From Neoechinorhynchus agilis (lineage: Eukaryota; Animalia; Acanthocephala): DNA of 64,000 nt. The DNA lies in assembly GCA_051530055.1 (NCBI GenBank), contig CM121341.1:6364784-6428783 (forward strand). Reading direction: 5' to 3'. Of this stretch, positions 12,538-24,849 are shown one piece after another; the stretch's first letter is position 1; every line of letters starts with the position of its first letter. The notes under the pieces are model-generated. The model worked only from the letters and a program-made list of their open reading frames with translations, was not told the origin of the DNA and ran no database searches. The translations under genes and the position numbers were made by a program.

Positions 12538-13875
12538 TTGGAATACGACAAGGCATATTGCTCCTCAGTAGTATCCAATAATAACTACAATTGGCTGTAC
12601 AATCCGACTGACCTACTCTACTATCAGGCGCAAATGTTAACTCAACAACAACAACAACAGAACTATTCCAGTAATGGTACAAATGTCGCCGTTGGAAGCG
12701 GCGGTGGCGGCAGCGGTGGATACGATGTACCGCCACATCCAGCATCCAATTTCGGAGGACAAGACTATTTTACCCAAAAGCAAATTTTCCATCAAAACCC
12801 AAACCGGCAGCAATTCTTTTACAACGATCACCACATACGATCCACTGCTAATAACTGCTACCCACCAACAAACTCGTCGCGAACAAATACCGAATACAAC
12901 CCGGTGCAATTCTTTGCGAACAATAATAATTACAACCAAAATGCGAATGAAGACGTTCATTGTGGTGGAGTGCGATTCGCGAAACCGCCACCTAGGCACC
13001 AATACCCTTCGACCGTACCCATAAGATTCCACAATCAACAACAACAACAACGTAGGCGGTCGTCAGGTGAACCAACCAAGACACTATTCGTCGGAAATCT
13101 CGCGATCGACGTGGGTGAAGAATGCTTGCATCAGCTATTTTCGAAATTCGGCGAAGTTACAGAATGCTGCAAGCGCTGGTTCCATTATGCATTTGTCAGA
13201 TTTGATGAAGAAAATCAAGCGGAACGTGCGCTCAGGACCTTGGATGGCTACAAAATCGCCGGACGACCAATGCGCGTTGAGTTTCAGCGCCGTAAACTCA
13301 ACGGTAACTGCCAACAACAACAACCACAACAACAACAACTATCACCGGCAATGCCTCGTTTCTATGCACCACATCAACAATCGAAAAGACTCGACCATCC
13401 TCCACTCAGAAACCCATTTGCTGGACTTAAATATGCACAAAAACCAGTTCAAGAAGAGGAATACGTCCCAGCTCTGGAACTTCCCTTTTTCCCCTTTGCT
13501 GAGAAACCAGACGAAACCCCGGACACATTCAGCATATTCAGTCGACCCAACGAAAAAATTGTCTATAGGAACGATTACAAACCTTATGAATTATTCCCAA
13601 AAGATGGAGCGGAGCATCCCTTAGTCTACCTCTTTCGAAAGTACAAAACGGCATCTAACGCTCCAGAAGCACTATTAGAAGATCTCGACCAAGCCTGGAA
13701 AGTCCAAGAGGGTACACCGCAAGAAATTGATCTCAGGAACACTGTTTCAAAATCCTCAGAATCGATAATTGACGATATGATTGTCAACAAAAGAATGGCA
13801 CTGGCTGCAATGAAGTCTGTGATTACACCTCCACCAGGCACATTTCTTCATGAACGTCACACTTTTGCCGGATAA
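12538..13875 (+). CDS. Single-RRM RNA-binding protein with Q/N-rich low-complexity regions (RBM4/lark-like RRM); true start uncertain
   Basis: RNP2 LFVGNL, RNP1 HYAFVRF and GYKIAGRPMRVEF. The frame is open from the acceptor at 12492; first ATG at 12634. Confidence 0.85.
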   Translation: MEYDKAYCSSVVSNNNYNWLYNPTDLLYYQAQMLTQQQQQQNYSSNGTNVAVGSGGGGSGGYDVPPHPASNFGGQDYFTQKQIFHQNPNRQQFFYNDHHIRSTANNCYPPTNSSRTNTEYNPVQFFANNNNYNQNANEDVHCGGVRFAKPPPRHQYPSTVPIRFHNQQQQQRRRSSGEPTKTLFVGNLAIDVGEECLHQLFSKFGEVTECCKRWFHYAFVRFDEENQAERALRTLDGYKIAGRPMRVEFQRRKLNGNCQQQQPQQQQLSPAMPRFYAPHQQSKRLDHPPLRNPFAGLKYAQKPVQEEEYVPALELPFFPFAEKPDETPDTFSIFSRPNEKIVYRNDYKPYELFPKDGAEHPLVYLFRKYKTASNAPEALLEDLDQAWKVQEGTPQEIDLRNTVSKSSESIIDDMIVNKRMALAAMKSVITPPPGTFLHERHTFAG

Positions 13876-14199
13876 AACAAGAAGACTAGCCAAGGTGTAT
13901 ACTTTGAGCTTACACACCACAGCCGATAGTCTTCTCAGACCTCCCTCTAATCCATATTCTCGGGAGATCCATCTTAAATACAATACTGTAGCAGATGTTA
14001 GCTTATCTGCTAATGATCTTCTTTTTACGAGTGAGAGAAATTTACATTTCCGTGTCCTCATTCCCTTCAAATTTTTGTACTAATAAATCTCAATCTCAAT
14101 CTGTAAGTGAAATGGCGCACACTGGAAACAAGGATTCATCCGAAACAACCAATCAAATAATTTTCCTATCAATTTTTTTAATAAATACGCTTTTAATAA

Positions 14200-14626
14200 T
14201 AAAGTACAAAACGTGCAATCACCACCGTCCGCAAATTCTTAGCTTCTCTCCTTCTTCGGCTGTCGCTATCACGCTAGCAACATCGCCTCGTTGTACTGCA
14301 AGCGAGATATTTTGTCCTGCTCGTGCATCACCGGTCGTTTCTCTCAATTTCTTCGAGAGATCCTTGAGCAGAGTGTCGAGCTGCCAAGCGCTCCATACGT
14401 CTCTACTCCGAAGGGGACAAATTAGTGGGCCCTTGCTAAATCCCTATATTTTCGTACCTTCCTCCCTTCCGCTGAGAGAGTAGGGAATGTTGCTTACTGC
14501 GAGGGTGTCCCAGATAATGCATTTGCCCTCCCGCCACCGGAAGACCGAAATTCCATCGGGCCTACGGCCGTCTAGTCGACAGAGGTGGGCGGGCTCCAAG
14601 ATGTTGGGGAAGTTCGCCGTTATCAA
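14200..14626 (-). mobile_element. 5'-truncated CRE-like non-LTR retrotransposon fragment (REL endonuclease plus 3'UTR)
   Basis: EPAHLCRLDGRRPDGISVFRWREGKCIIWDTLAVSN. The 3'UTR agaagctaagaatttgcggacggtggtgattgcacgttttgtact is shared with the copy at ~25.46 kb. Confidence 0.88.
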
Positions 14627-15435
14627 CGCCCGAGAAATTACGCTGTTGATTTCAGAATGGCGTGAGAACCTTCCTCTTGACTTTCAGCAAATTTATTGCT
14701 TCATAAAATGCAAAGTATGTTTTAAACCCTTCTTCATGTACACACGATACGTCCGAAAATCCATCAAATTCAGACACCCGAAAGTGAAAAGATACGTTTC
14801 AGTAAAAGATGCTTTCCAGTACGAAACGAGGAATGTCTTGTCCGATTCTCTGGATTATCATCCAAAGACCCTTTTCCAAAAAACTTAATACATTTCACAA
14901 GAGCTTCGCTCTAATTTGCTCCTTCAAACTCTTAGAAAAACATTTCTCTCTCTCTAATCCTTCTAAGGCACTCCGACAGTCTTCATTCTCCTCACTCGCC
15001 GCCTCAACATTTTCCATCCTTCAGTTCCTCGCCATCCGTTAGATCTTCGAAATGCCAATTGATTCGAAATAAAGAGGGGAAAACAACAACAGCCTTACAT
15101 CTTAACCGATTAAAGTTGTTTAAAATGTACACGATTCACTGGATACCTAAGGTACAAGGTTCGGTGACTTGTACTTCTTTAAAATAAGACTTTTGTTTAT
15201 AATATGTGAAGAATGGTATAGGTCAAATAGGAATCTTCATATGTTCTGTTTCTTCGTGTTACAAAAATCGTAAAAGCTCATAAAAAACGCACGTTGAGCT
15301 CCAAGATTAAGAGAAAAAGGTTTAAGATAATTTAGTCACGACCACTACTAAATAGGAGGGAGAAATCAGTAAAGTGCCACGTTCGTTTCGTAAACGCATT
15401 GATTCTTAGATCCATAAACGCACATTCTCTTTATT

Positions 15436-16920
15436 TTACTCTTTAGTTTTAGGTTTCTTACCTTCTACTTCCTCAATTGGTTTGGTGGATTTTCGTTTAT
15501 GATGAACCAAAGTGGAGTCCATGGTAGCGTCGTATGTTTTAGTCGACATTTCCTTAGGTGCCTTTGAAAGCATGGATTCTGCTTTTCCACGACCACTGAT
15601 GGCTCGTAACTAGAAATGCAAAAACATAATGAAATCGCATAATAGAAGAAGAAGAAACAGTACCTTTCCTTGTTCAAGATTGAATACTCGCGCTTCAATC
15701 GAGGCCCTTGCTTTTATGCCGAAATCGCAGCAATTCGGATCAGCGGGTGCATCATCCTGCGCTCCATCGCTTAAGGCATCGTACCGAGCAGCCAGCGAGG
15801 ACTTGGCAGCTAACATCCGGCACACTTTCCCCTTCAGTTTATTTTGAGTTTTTCCTACAATCGAAGCGTGGAACATGAGTCCGTATTTAGGGGTGTCGTG
15901 TTTCGTCTTTAGAGCTCTGAATAGCGCCTTTTCGGCACCTAAGATTTGAACGGTCGACGCCGGATACTTAGCCAAGTTAGTGAGAGATCCTGCTTTGGCG
16001 ATCAATCGTGCAGCCAGCAACTCGCCAACCAAAACGCTTAGATTAGGCGCGATTGCGAACATGCGATTTTTAAGGTAATCCTGAAGATGATTTCTGTACT
16101 CACTAAGGCTTATGACTTGATCGCATAAATGCCTTACACTTTCTATGTCTTCATCGGAAAGTTCAGTGCCGATAGACGTCTGAGCAGCCTCTTTAATCTT
16201 TGCTTCGAGTCCTTCATCACAATTCTCAACAATGTTACTTAGACTAACGTTTTCGGCGTCCTCACGCAATCCAATCGCGTTCACTACGCGAGCGTAGAGG
16301 ACGTGGTCATCGATTAGATTTGTGAGTTCGGGGAAATGGCATCCATACCATTCACGAGATCGCATTATGTAATTATTAAGGTCTTTGTCGAGTTCATCGA
16401 GCAAGGACACCGCCTGGACGACCATAATATCCGCCTTTTCTGGCGTAAATTTAATTTTGTATCTTCCTAGACTATGGGCAAGACCGACTCGCATTGCTTC
16501 GGCTTCCTTTTCCTGCAAATTGTCAAATAATTTCGAGAAATTATCACGAACGGCTCTCATAAGATTCTGAACGGGTGTAGTGGTCAAACATTGGAGATTG
16601 TACTTTTCCTTGATCGCCTGGCCGAGTTTAGCGTCAGCTACAAGCAATGGATCCTGTATCTCTCTTTTAACAAGTTTCTTCAAAAGCTTCTTCAAAGGAT
16701 GAGAGATTTGACCATCCGTAGATTGAGTAACGGCCTGCAGTGCATGACCCGTGTCCTCAAATCGTTGAAAATCATGCAAATTGAAGATGGTATTTAGCTT
16801 GTCACTTTTACTGGCATCGATCGACATGTCAGTCCCGAGATTAGTCAATTCTGACCAACGATCATCGTCGGAAACTTTAAACAAAGCGTAACCGGCTGCA
16901 GTTTCAAACAGTAACAACAT
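15436..16920 (-). CDS. NOP58: Nucleolar protein 58 (box C/D snoRNP); 2 exons, intron 15610-15663
   Basis: N-terminus MLLLFETAAGYALFKV and Nop domain KYPASTVQILGAEKALFRALKTKHDTPKYG. A 54-nt GT-AG intron joins in frame to LRAISGRGK...KTYDATMDST...EGKKPKTKE*. Confidence 0.96.
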
Positions 16921-17431
16921 CTTCTAATTCTAAAAATAGCGAACGAAATGCCGATTTTAAAATTGAACTCGAACTATGAAAATATCCCAGTCAGAAAAAA
17001 ACACGTTTGTTGGATTTTGTGGCCGACTTTTTTGACAAATTTAAATAAACCACCAAGGAAAAACGTTCAAAGACGATAGAGTTGATTAATTTCTATGTAT
17101 GAATTAATGAGACAGACATCTTCGAGGAGTCCCATTTTAGTGTGGGAAACTAAGACTTATTAAAGCACAGAAGAATTGTGAGGGGGAAACTGCTTTCAAG
17201 AAAAAATTAGAAAAGATTCAAATTTTGTTTTTCTCTCTTCAATTGCCTCCTATTAAGGGATTTATGTGTGTTCTTTTGTGATTTCAAATATTTCGTCGGA
17301 CTTCTTTAGGTTGCTCGTAGGGTTTTTTCCGGATAAACTTACAAGCAACCAGAAGAAGCAAGACGAAATACTGAGTTTTTTTTAATAAATCAGTCGTTAT
17401 TTTTTATAATCGTTGTGTAATGGCGACAAAA

Positions 17432-18657
17432 ATTTCGGCTCAATCTAGAGCCTTTATTAGGATGCGAAAAGTTAAGAAAAACGTTTACACGGCTCTCATC
17501 TGTAAAACGTGGTCCCCTTTGTCGTCTTCCACCGTTTTTGATTTATTATGGCCTCCATGACAATCTGTTTGAAGCACACTCCACACCTCCCGCCAAATTC
17601 CAGCTTCCCTCCTTCCTCGACCGTCGCCATCACGCTGGCAGCATTGCTTCGTTGTACTGCGAGGGAGATATTTTGTCGAAGGAATACGCCTGCTCTTGAG
17701 TCTCCGGTTGCCTCTCTCAATTTCTTCGAGAGATCCTGGAGCAGAGTGCCGAGCGCTCCATACGTCTCTACCCCAAAGGGGACAAAATAGTGAGCCCTCG
17801 ACAAGTGAAGATATTTCCGTATTTTCCTTCCTTCCGCTGCACTGACGGCGCCACCGGCGATTTCGAGGGAGTAGGGGATGTTGCTTACTGCGAGGGTGTC
17901 CCAGAGAAGGCATTTGCCCTCCCGCCACGGGGGCTTCTCTCCTTCCTCGGCTGTCGCCATCACGCTGGCAGCATTGCCCCGTTGTACTGCCAGCGCGATA
18001 TTTTGTCGAAGGATGCGAACAATGATTTTGGTTTTATCACAATCTATGAGGTGTCCATGATGGACAAAATGATTGAGTACGGCAGAACTTCCATCAGTTC
18101 CCCTTCTGAGTGCGCTTTTAATTCTCCGGACTATATCGTTCGTCTGTTTAACGTAATAACAATCACAGCTGATACGACACCTTTGGTCTCATCCTGACAT
18201 ATCCTCTTGTATCCGTCCCATGATCCTAAGGTGATCTTCGTGTAAAAAGTGATGTCCTTTGGCGTTTTCATCTTGATAATCCTCTTCAAATCACCGTGTG
18301 TCGCTTCATTGACATAGGGGACGCTAATCTGAATTCCAGATTTGTCCGTTATTCCTTTTGTTTTGCTCCTAATCCACATGATATATCTTGTAATCATATT
18401 CGCTGGATTTCCCCTGGTTTTATACATCATGCCTAGATGATTTAATCCTTTATTTAAACTTTCGCTTGTTGAACAATACGCGTAAGCCATCGAATAAAGT
18501 GACCTCTCGTCGATTGGTGACACCGTGTTGAAAGGAACGATATTAGAAGGAATTCCGTGGAAGACAACAAAGCGGACCACGTTTTACAGATGAGAGTCGT
18601 GTAAATGTTTTTCTTAACCTTTCAGATCCTAATAAAGGTTCTAGATTGAGCCGAAAT
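17432..18657 (-). mobile_element. Degenerate Penelope-like element (RT C-terminus plus GIY-YIG) bounded by 101-bp inverted repeats (17432-17532 and 18557-18657)
   Basis: YCSTSESL...RGNP...ISVPYV (PLE linker), GVV / SCDCYYVKQTNDIVRRIK...SAVLNHFVHHGHLIDCDKTKII (GIY-YIG-like) and the C-terminal KQIVMEAII...TVEDDKGDHVLQM*. The inverted repeat was read directly from the sequence. Confidence 0.75.
17575..18013 (-). mobile_element. Two tandem 5'-truncated CRE-like REL fragments nested in the Penelope-like element
   Basis: LRQNIALAVQRGNAASVMATAEE followed by WREGKCLLWDTLAVSN...FVPFGVETYGALG...LRQNISLAVQRSNAASVMATV. Confidence 0.85.
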
Positions 18658-19006
18658 ATCGCTCCAATGAATTTACACAATTTTTCTAGCCACTACACAA
18701 CAATCATGAGCAGTTTCATTTTTCAATACCAAAGTACACAAATAAATGAACAACTGCCAGCATCGTCTAAACCAATTAATATCAATTTTCCTTAAGAAAA
18801 AGGCTCTGTGGCCGCTCTCTCGCTGTGGTTTTGCTTTCAATAATGACGTATTTATTACGTCACATAAAAAGCCTTCATAACGGCAAGATCGCATTGTACC
18901 TGAAAGAATCGATAGGACTAGTGACGTAATTTCTTCAAAATACGTTTTACATTTGGTTTTTTTGATGGGTTTCTAACGTGCCTGAGATTAAGGTTCTGTT
19001 TTTCAG

Positions 19007-19573
19007 ATGCTTGGTTACAGTGATGAGCTCACCGAGTCCCGAGATGAAAGTATGGAAATTAGCGAATCGGGCGGCGAGGACAGTGAATTGACGTTATTAA
19101 AGCGAAATGCCCTTCAACGCAAAGGTCGAGGATTCCATCAGCCATCAGGTCGAGAGCAAGTCCGTGATGATGAATTTGAGCGTGGACAAAGTGACGACGA
19201 CGACGAAGCAGCAGTGACGGATGATTGCCCGGCTCAAAGAAGTGTCGAGGGATGGATCGTGTTCGTAAGAAACGTTCATGAAGAAGCTACTGAAGAGCAC
19301 GTGCGTGACGTGTTTCGGGATTTTGGAAAGCTTAAGAATCTACACTTGAACATTGACCGTCGAACCGGCTTCATTAAAGGCTATGCCATGATTGAGTACG
19401 AAAAGTACACGGAAGCTAGGCGAGCAATTAGCCAGATCGACGGAACGGAATTTCTAGGACGGATTATCCGTGTCGATTGGGCGTTTAGAAGAAATCCGCT
19501 GGTGACGAGAAGAGATAGGAGACGCGGTGGGGTTGAGTCCTACAGAAACCAACCACCACCGAGAAGGTATTGA
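19007..19573 (+). CDS. RBM8A: Exon junction complex subunit Y14/RBM8A
   Basis: RKGRGF, PAQRSVEGWIVFVRNVHEEATEE and LHLNIDRRTGFIKGYAMIEY...VDWAF. Confidence 0.97.
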   Translation: MLGYSDELTESRDESMEISESGGEDSELTLLKRNALQRKGRGFHQPSGREQVRDDEFERGQSDDDDEAAVTDDCPAQRSVEGWIVFVRNVHEEATEEHVRDVFRDFGKLKNLHLNIDRRTGFIKGYAMIEYEKYTEARRAISQIDGTEFLGRIIRVDWAFRRNPLVTRRDRRRGGVESYRNQPPPRRY

Positions 19574-20520
19574 GATTTGACACAATATAAAAGTCTATTA
19601 TTTTTTTAATGATTTTTTATCAAATTCGTGTAGGGTTTTTGAGTGGATAAAGCTTCAGGAGATGTGCTTTTCGCTTTCTCGATTATAAAACCCGGAAAAG
19701 TCATCGGTTATTTTTTTGGCCTATGATCTCGCCACAATTCCAATTGAGTCCGGTGATCGAAAATCTTCGTTGTTACTTTTCGGTCGAGATAAAGGAGAGC
19801 GCAATGCTAAAGACACAAATTCACATTTTTGACGAAACAAATAGATTTATCCGCCCAATTACATAAAACAAATGCAATGAGTTTAGTTAATTGAGCATTG
19901 AAATTCCACGAAAGGTCACGTACCCGATCCGATCGATGATTGCAGCTTTAAACGGTTTGTCGTGGCAATTACAATTAGAAAAAATCCGTGAAGGTAGAAT
20001 GCTCTCAATGAACGTTCTAGGAATGCGAGCAATGCTATTACGTTTTTCTAAAGGATAAAATTGCAACAAAGACGTTAATTAGGCCTGAACGAAGGCGATC
20101 TAAATCATGCAAACCTAATAAGAACTCAATTCGCTCCTGGATTGTTTATTCATTGTGGTTTAAAGGACTTTGATCGACAAGAAACAATCAGCAGAACCAA
20201 AACGCTCAGATCTGTGTAGGAAAGATTAAAAACTTTCTGTATGAGCACAGTGAACAATATACATATGGATACAGTTTCAACTAGTGGGAAAACAAGTTGA
20301 AGGTACGCTCCACTGTGAAGTTGCTAAACAACAGATCTTTCTACCTGGAGTTTGTGTTGGTTTCTCTCAACTAAACTCTTCGCTTTTGTAAACGACTCTC
20401 GAAAACATGGTAGCTGTTTGAAAATATCCGGGGTATTTAAGGAGGCGATACCGCACTGTAACCTCATAGATTGAGCTAAGTCGACTCACATCGTATCGTT
20501 TTTAACCAACTTGACGAACA

Positions 20521-21611
20521 ATGTGCAAACGAAAGCCAAAGAATCAGGTATGCTACCCAGTTCCACAACAGCCAATGATGCCACCGCCAATGATGGCACC
20601 GCCAATGATGCCTCCGCCAATGATGGCTCCGCCAATGATGGCTCCGCCAATGATGGCTCCGCCAATGATGTCTCCGCCAATGATGCCTCCGCCAATGATG
20701 GCACCACCAATGCAGCAGTGTGCACCACCACCGATGGCGGCACCACAATGTGTGCAAGCTCCAATGCCAATTTCGTCTTATGGAGCTCGACCGAATTATA
20801 GTAGTTCGCCCGGATACATTCAGGCGCCACAACTGATACCGGTACCGGTACCTGTTCCGTCCCCCATGCCGATGGGAGGCATGGGATTACAATCGTACGG
20901 AATGCCGATGGGTGGAATGCCAATGGGCGGTTCGATGGGCTGCATGCCAATGGGTGGAATGCCGATGGGCGGAATGCCAATGGGTGGAATGCCAATGGGC
21001 GGTATGCCGATGGGAGGAATGCCAATGGGCGGTATGCCGATGGGTGGAATGCCAATGGGAGGAATGCCAATGGGCGGTTCGATGGGCGTATGCCAATGGG
21101 CGGTATGCCAATGGGTGGAATGCCGATGGGAGGAATGCCAATGGGAGGAATGCCGATGGGCGGTTCGATGGGCTGCATGCCAATGGGCGGTATGCCAATG
21201 GGTGGAATGCCAATGGGAGGAATGCCAATGGGCGGTTCGATGGGCTGCATGCCAATGGGCGGAATGCCAATGGGCGGTATGCCAATGGGCGGAATGCCAA
21301 TGGGAGGAATGCCAATGGGCGGTTCGATGGGCTGCATGCCAATGGGTGGAATGCCAATGGGCGGTATGCCAATGGGTGGAATGCCAATGGGTGGTACAAT
21401 GCCTATGGGTGGAATGGGTTCGTCTATTGGATGTCCGCCCCCGATGGGTTCAGTTGGCCCATCGATGTCGCAATCATTTACCAGAGTTCCAAGCATGGTA
21501 ATGAATTCCGGAGTGCCGCCTCCAGTTTACGGGCGATACACACCACAGGTACCGACTGGGCCAATGGGTGGTAACGGCATCCATATGATGTGTTACCCCA
21601 TGAACTGCTGA
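20521..21611 (+). CDS. Met/Pro/Gly-rich repetitive protein (PMMAPP then PMGGM/GSMGC repeats); apparent 1-nt frameshift at ~21089
   Basis: ORFs 20521-21501 and 21090-21611 are collinear. The repeat unit ggctgcatgcca appears once as ggcgtatgcca (one base shorter) at the frame switch. TATA-like gtatttaag at ~20433. Confidence 0.8.
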
Positions 21612-22024
21612 GTCGAATCTCAGGTTTAGCAGCCGTTCGGAATCGGATGGCATTAGTACATCTTAAATCAATAAATATTGATGCATTAGATCTTGTCACG
21701 AACTTACCCAGTAGAACGCACACCGCTGTATTGTACTTATGTATTTTATTGCAATCGCGCAACCCTTAATGCTACTAAAACTGATTTTTTTCGCGCTCTA
21801 GCTTGTTGGCAATTTTAATCCACGCGGCATTACTATTAGCTCCTCCCCAGGCATTGTATTTGATCTCAAACTGTTAGCTTGCTTTTAAAGGAAAAGTATA
21901 GATTAAGTCTTTGACTTACGCAGAAACCAAAGATTCGAGACTCACCAGAGGATTATTTATTGCTCCGTAAGTGCCAGGACATTGTAGTGAATCCCAAAAA
22001 AAGGAAAGATAATAATAACACTTT

Positions 22025-23689
22025 TTAGTTGTTTATGCACAAAGAATAGGGCCCATGTACCTCTGGTTCCTTGTGAACACTCGAGGTCTTGTTAAATATA
22101 TGCAGTTGTTGACTTTGGAGTGGATTACGGGGTCGGTCGGTTGGGAATATCCTTTCGGGGGGTGCCCGTTTGGGTGGGAATTGGGGGTTATTGTTTGTAG
22201 GAAAATTTGTGAGGTCAGATCTTTCCTCAGGTTCATTTCGGGTATCGATATCCAAGAAGATTGAGCAGTATGAATAAAGGAGTGGAGATGGAGGGATGTG
22301 TCATGTCAAGGGAGGATGAAAGCAGTTGGGATTGCGATTGTTTTTTGCTCATGTGAAAACGGAATAAAATGTGATAAAATCGTGGCGATAGGTTTGAGAG
22401 GCATTCTGATTCTTTGTTAAAAATCCTATAAAGGCATTCGGTGAGTGGGAGAAAATCAACTGTGCAAATTTTAGATGCTCTTTTATGAAATATTTCAAGA
22501 CGACAGATTTGAGATTTCCATAGGTTGTAAAAGACGGGATAACGGTGGGCGAGGAAGGGTAAAATAATGCTGTAGTAAAACTTGGAGAGATCGGGAGAAA
22601 GGGACTCTTAAATGGCGGAGTTTGAGGAGATAAATTTTAAAGTGCGAGTCCCAGTTCAAGTTTGATTGAAATTGGAGCTTAAGAATTCTGAGGGAAGTGA
22701 GTTGTTGGATGTCATTTTGAAGCTTGGGGTAGGAGGAGAATAGGGGATCAATTCAACGCATTTAGAGAACTTCAGGTAAAGTTTGTGATTGGTGCAGAAA
22801 TCTTTGATGTAAATGATTTCGTTAGATGTTAAGAAGAGGGAAAAGTGATGAGAGTGATATCGTCGGCGTATAAGAAGAGTTTAGAGTATGAGGAGAGAGG
22901 TAGGAAAATATTAAAAAGAAATGGTGACCGGGCAGCACATCGAGGAGATAGTTCTGCAGTGAATGTATTGTTTGCGCAGCGGATCTGCCAAAAGTTGAGA
23001 TCAAAATCGGAACAGGCCTGAAGGATTAGTGAATGGTTTACGGAGTCGAATGTTTTCGATAAGTCCAGTTGAATGAGACGGGTGATTCGAGAGGATTATT
23101 GTCACTGTTGCGTAGAAGTGTGTCATAAATGCAAACTAGGTGTCGGTTGCAGAAAATTTGGGCCTGAAGCCAAATTGTAGGGCGATAACTTATCGTTGAG
23201 AAGTGAAAGAAGGCGATATATAAAACATTTTTCGATGATTTTTAAAAGGGCGGGTAGAATGGAAATTGGACCCTTTTTTGGAATAAGGATATCTTTAGCA
23301 GTTTTCAGGCATGAAGGTTATATGCCATATAGAAAGCTGTGATTCGTGATGTGGGTAAGATGATTCAGTGAAGAGTCCAGTTTGGGATTTCGGATTGAGA
23401 GGACGAAATTCCAGGTAATTTCTTGAGATGTTGTAGTACTTCGTATGACGAAACTATGCGAGGTATTGGAGATTTGACAGTGTCAGTTGTCTGGCTGAAA
23501 GTTTGTGCGGAGTCTATTAATGGGGCAATGGTTGTAATTTGAGTCAGGGCAGAGGTTCTGATTGATGGAGTCTAGAACATGTTTCAGTTCAGAAGAATAC
23601 AAATTTGGAAATAAATCAGGGTTGCGTAAACCGAGAGAGTCCTTGGCGACCGTGACCTTTGCAGAAACCAACGATTTTAGAATCACCAA
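22025..23689 (-). mobile_element. Degenerate 5'-truncated LINE RT fragment (L2/CR1/Jockey-like)
   Basis: Broken minus-strand frames read KTAKDILIPKKG.PISILPALLKIIEK...FGFRPKFSATD...QLDLSKTFDSVNHSLIL and LRILKLQFQSNLNWDSH. Confidence 0.85.
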
Positions 23690-24849
23690 TATGTCTAAAC
23701 ACGTATAAACAATCTAAAGGTGATTTAGTGATACTTTGCAATAAATCATCCTCAAATTTATTATACGTGCTTTTACATTATAATGAATCTAAAATTATTG
23801 GCTTGTTTTTAAAGATAAAGGAGAAATTACGTCTTTGACCTTTGCAGAAACCAACGATTTTAGAATCACCAAAATGTCTAAACACGTATAACAAATCATC
23901 CTCAAATTTTTTATACGTATTCGGACATTGTAGTGAATCTCAAATTATTGCTTTCGAAAAAGATCAACAAAACTTAATCTACCCTTTATTTTTAAAAGCA
24001 AACAAACAATTTGAGATTCAGTACGATGTCCAGGAACGTATAAAAAATTTGAGGATGATTTGTTGCTCGGTCACAATAAATTGAACAAAATTATTGAATG
24101 AATAGCATCAGCCTGAAAGTATTAATGTAGCAAATAAGCGCAATACAATTTTTTTATAATTGGCGCAGAATTTTGTTTATCGCTTGTTCAATAATTGAGT
24201 TTTGACTATAAGACAAAATCGCGAAGTGTCACCAGATAGGATTTTTATGGCATCTCTATGCTCTGTGTGTGATATTAGTTAGATAAAATACATTTAAAAT
24301 ATACCGCTATTATTGATCACTGCGTGTAAATGATTGTTCTCTTTGTTGCGTTCCTATTGTTTTGATGTCTTTTGAGTTATGATCCTTTGGAAAATTATAC
24401 ATTGGATTCCAGTGCCATTTAATATCGCTATTCCGTTTTTTCACATGCATCAAATTGGTCGTATGACATCGGAAGCAATTGAACATTTAGCAAGCGGTGC
24501 TGTGCAAAAAAGTGAATTTTGACAAACGTTTCACTTTTCTCTTATGAATGCAGTGGAGAACAATAAGATTTGTCCTTTCCGTCTAGCAGACAAACCAAAT
24601 TTGAACATTGTTCTTTTGAATTTCCGTTAGTTCCTTGACTAACTTCGGACTGTATTCTGCTGACATGCATCATGGCTCCTTTTAACTTGTGTCGCCGAAA
24701 CAAGTTTTCTTCATAACGTCTGAGCAAAATCACCCGTTTCAATTAAACTTTAATTTTTCGATTTTTTACTCGAAATATGAGATTTAGAGGCGAAAAAAGA
24801 GTGGCCTAATATTGAAAAGCGGCATAACTTTAAAGAAAAATGTTAATGG

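Noticed and set aside
12524-13841. Alternate-frame and antisense ORFs over the RRM gene
   Set aside because: By-products of low-complexity codon usage in the real ORF.
15610-15663. Intronic box C/D snoRNA in NOP58
   Set aside because: The only intron is 54 nt, too short, with no C/D box pair.
20476-21574. Antisense and off-frame repeat ORFs (IGIPP, HHWR, ANGR)
   Set aside because: Shadows of the PMGGM repeat. The Met/Pro/Gly frame has the ATG start, upstream TATA-like box and coherent termini.
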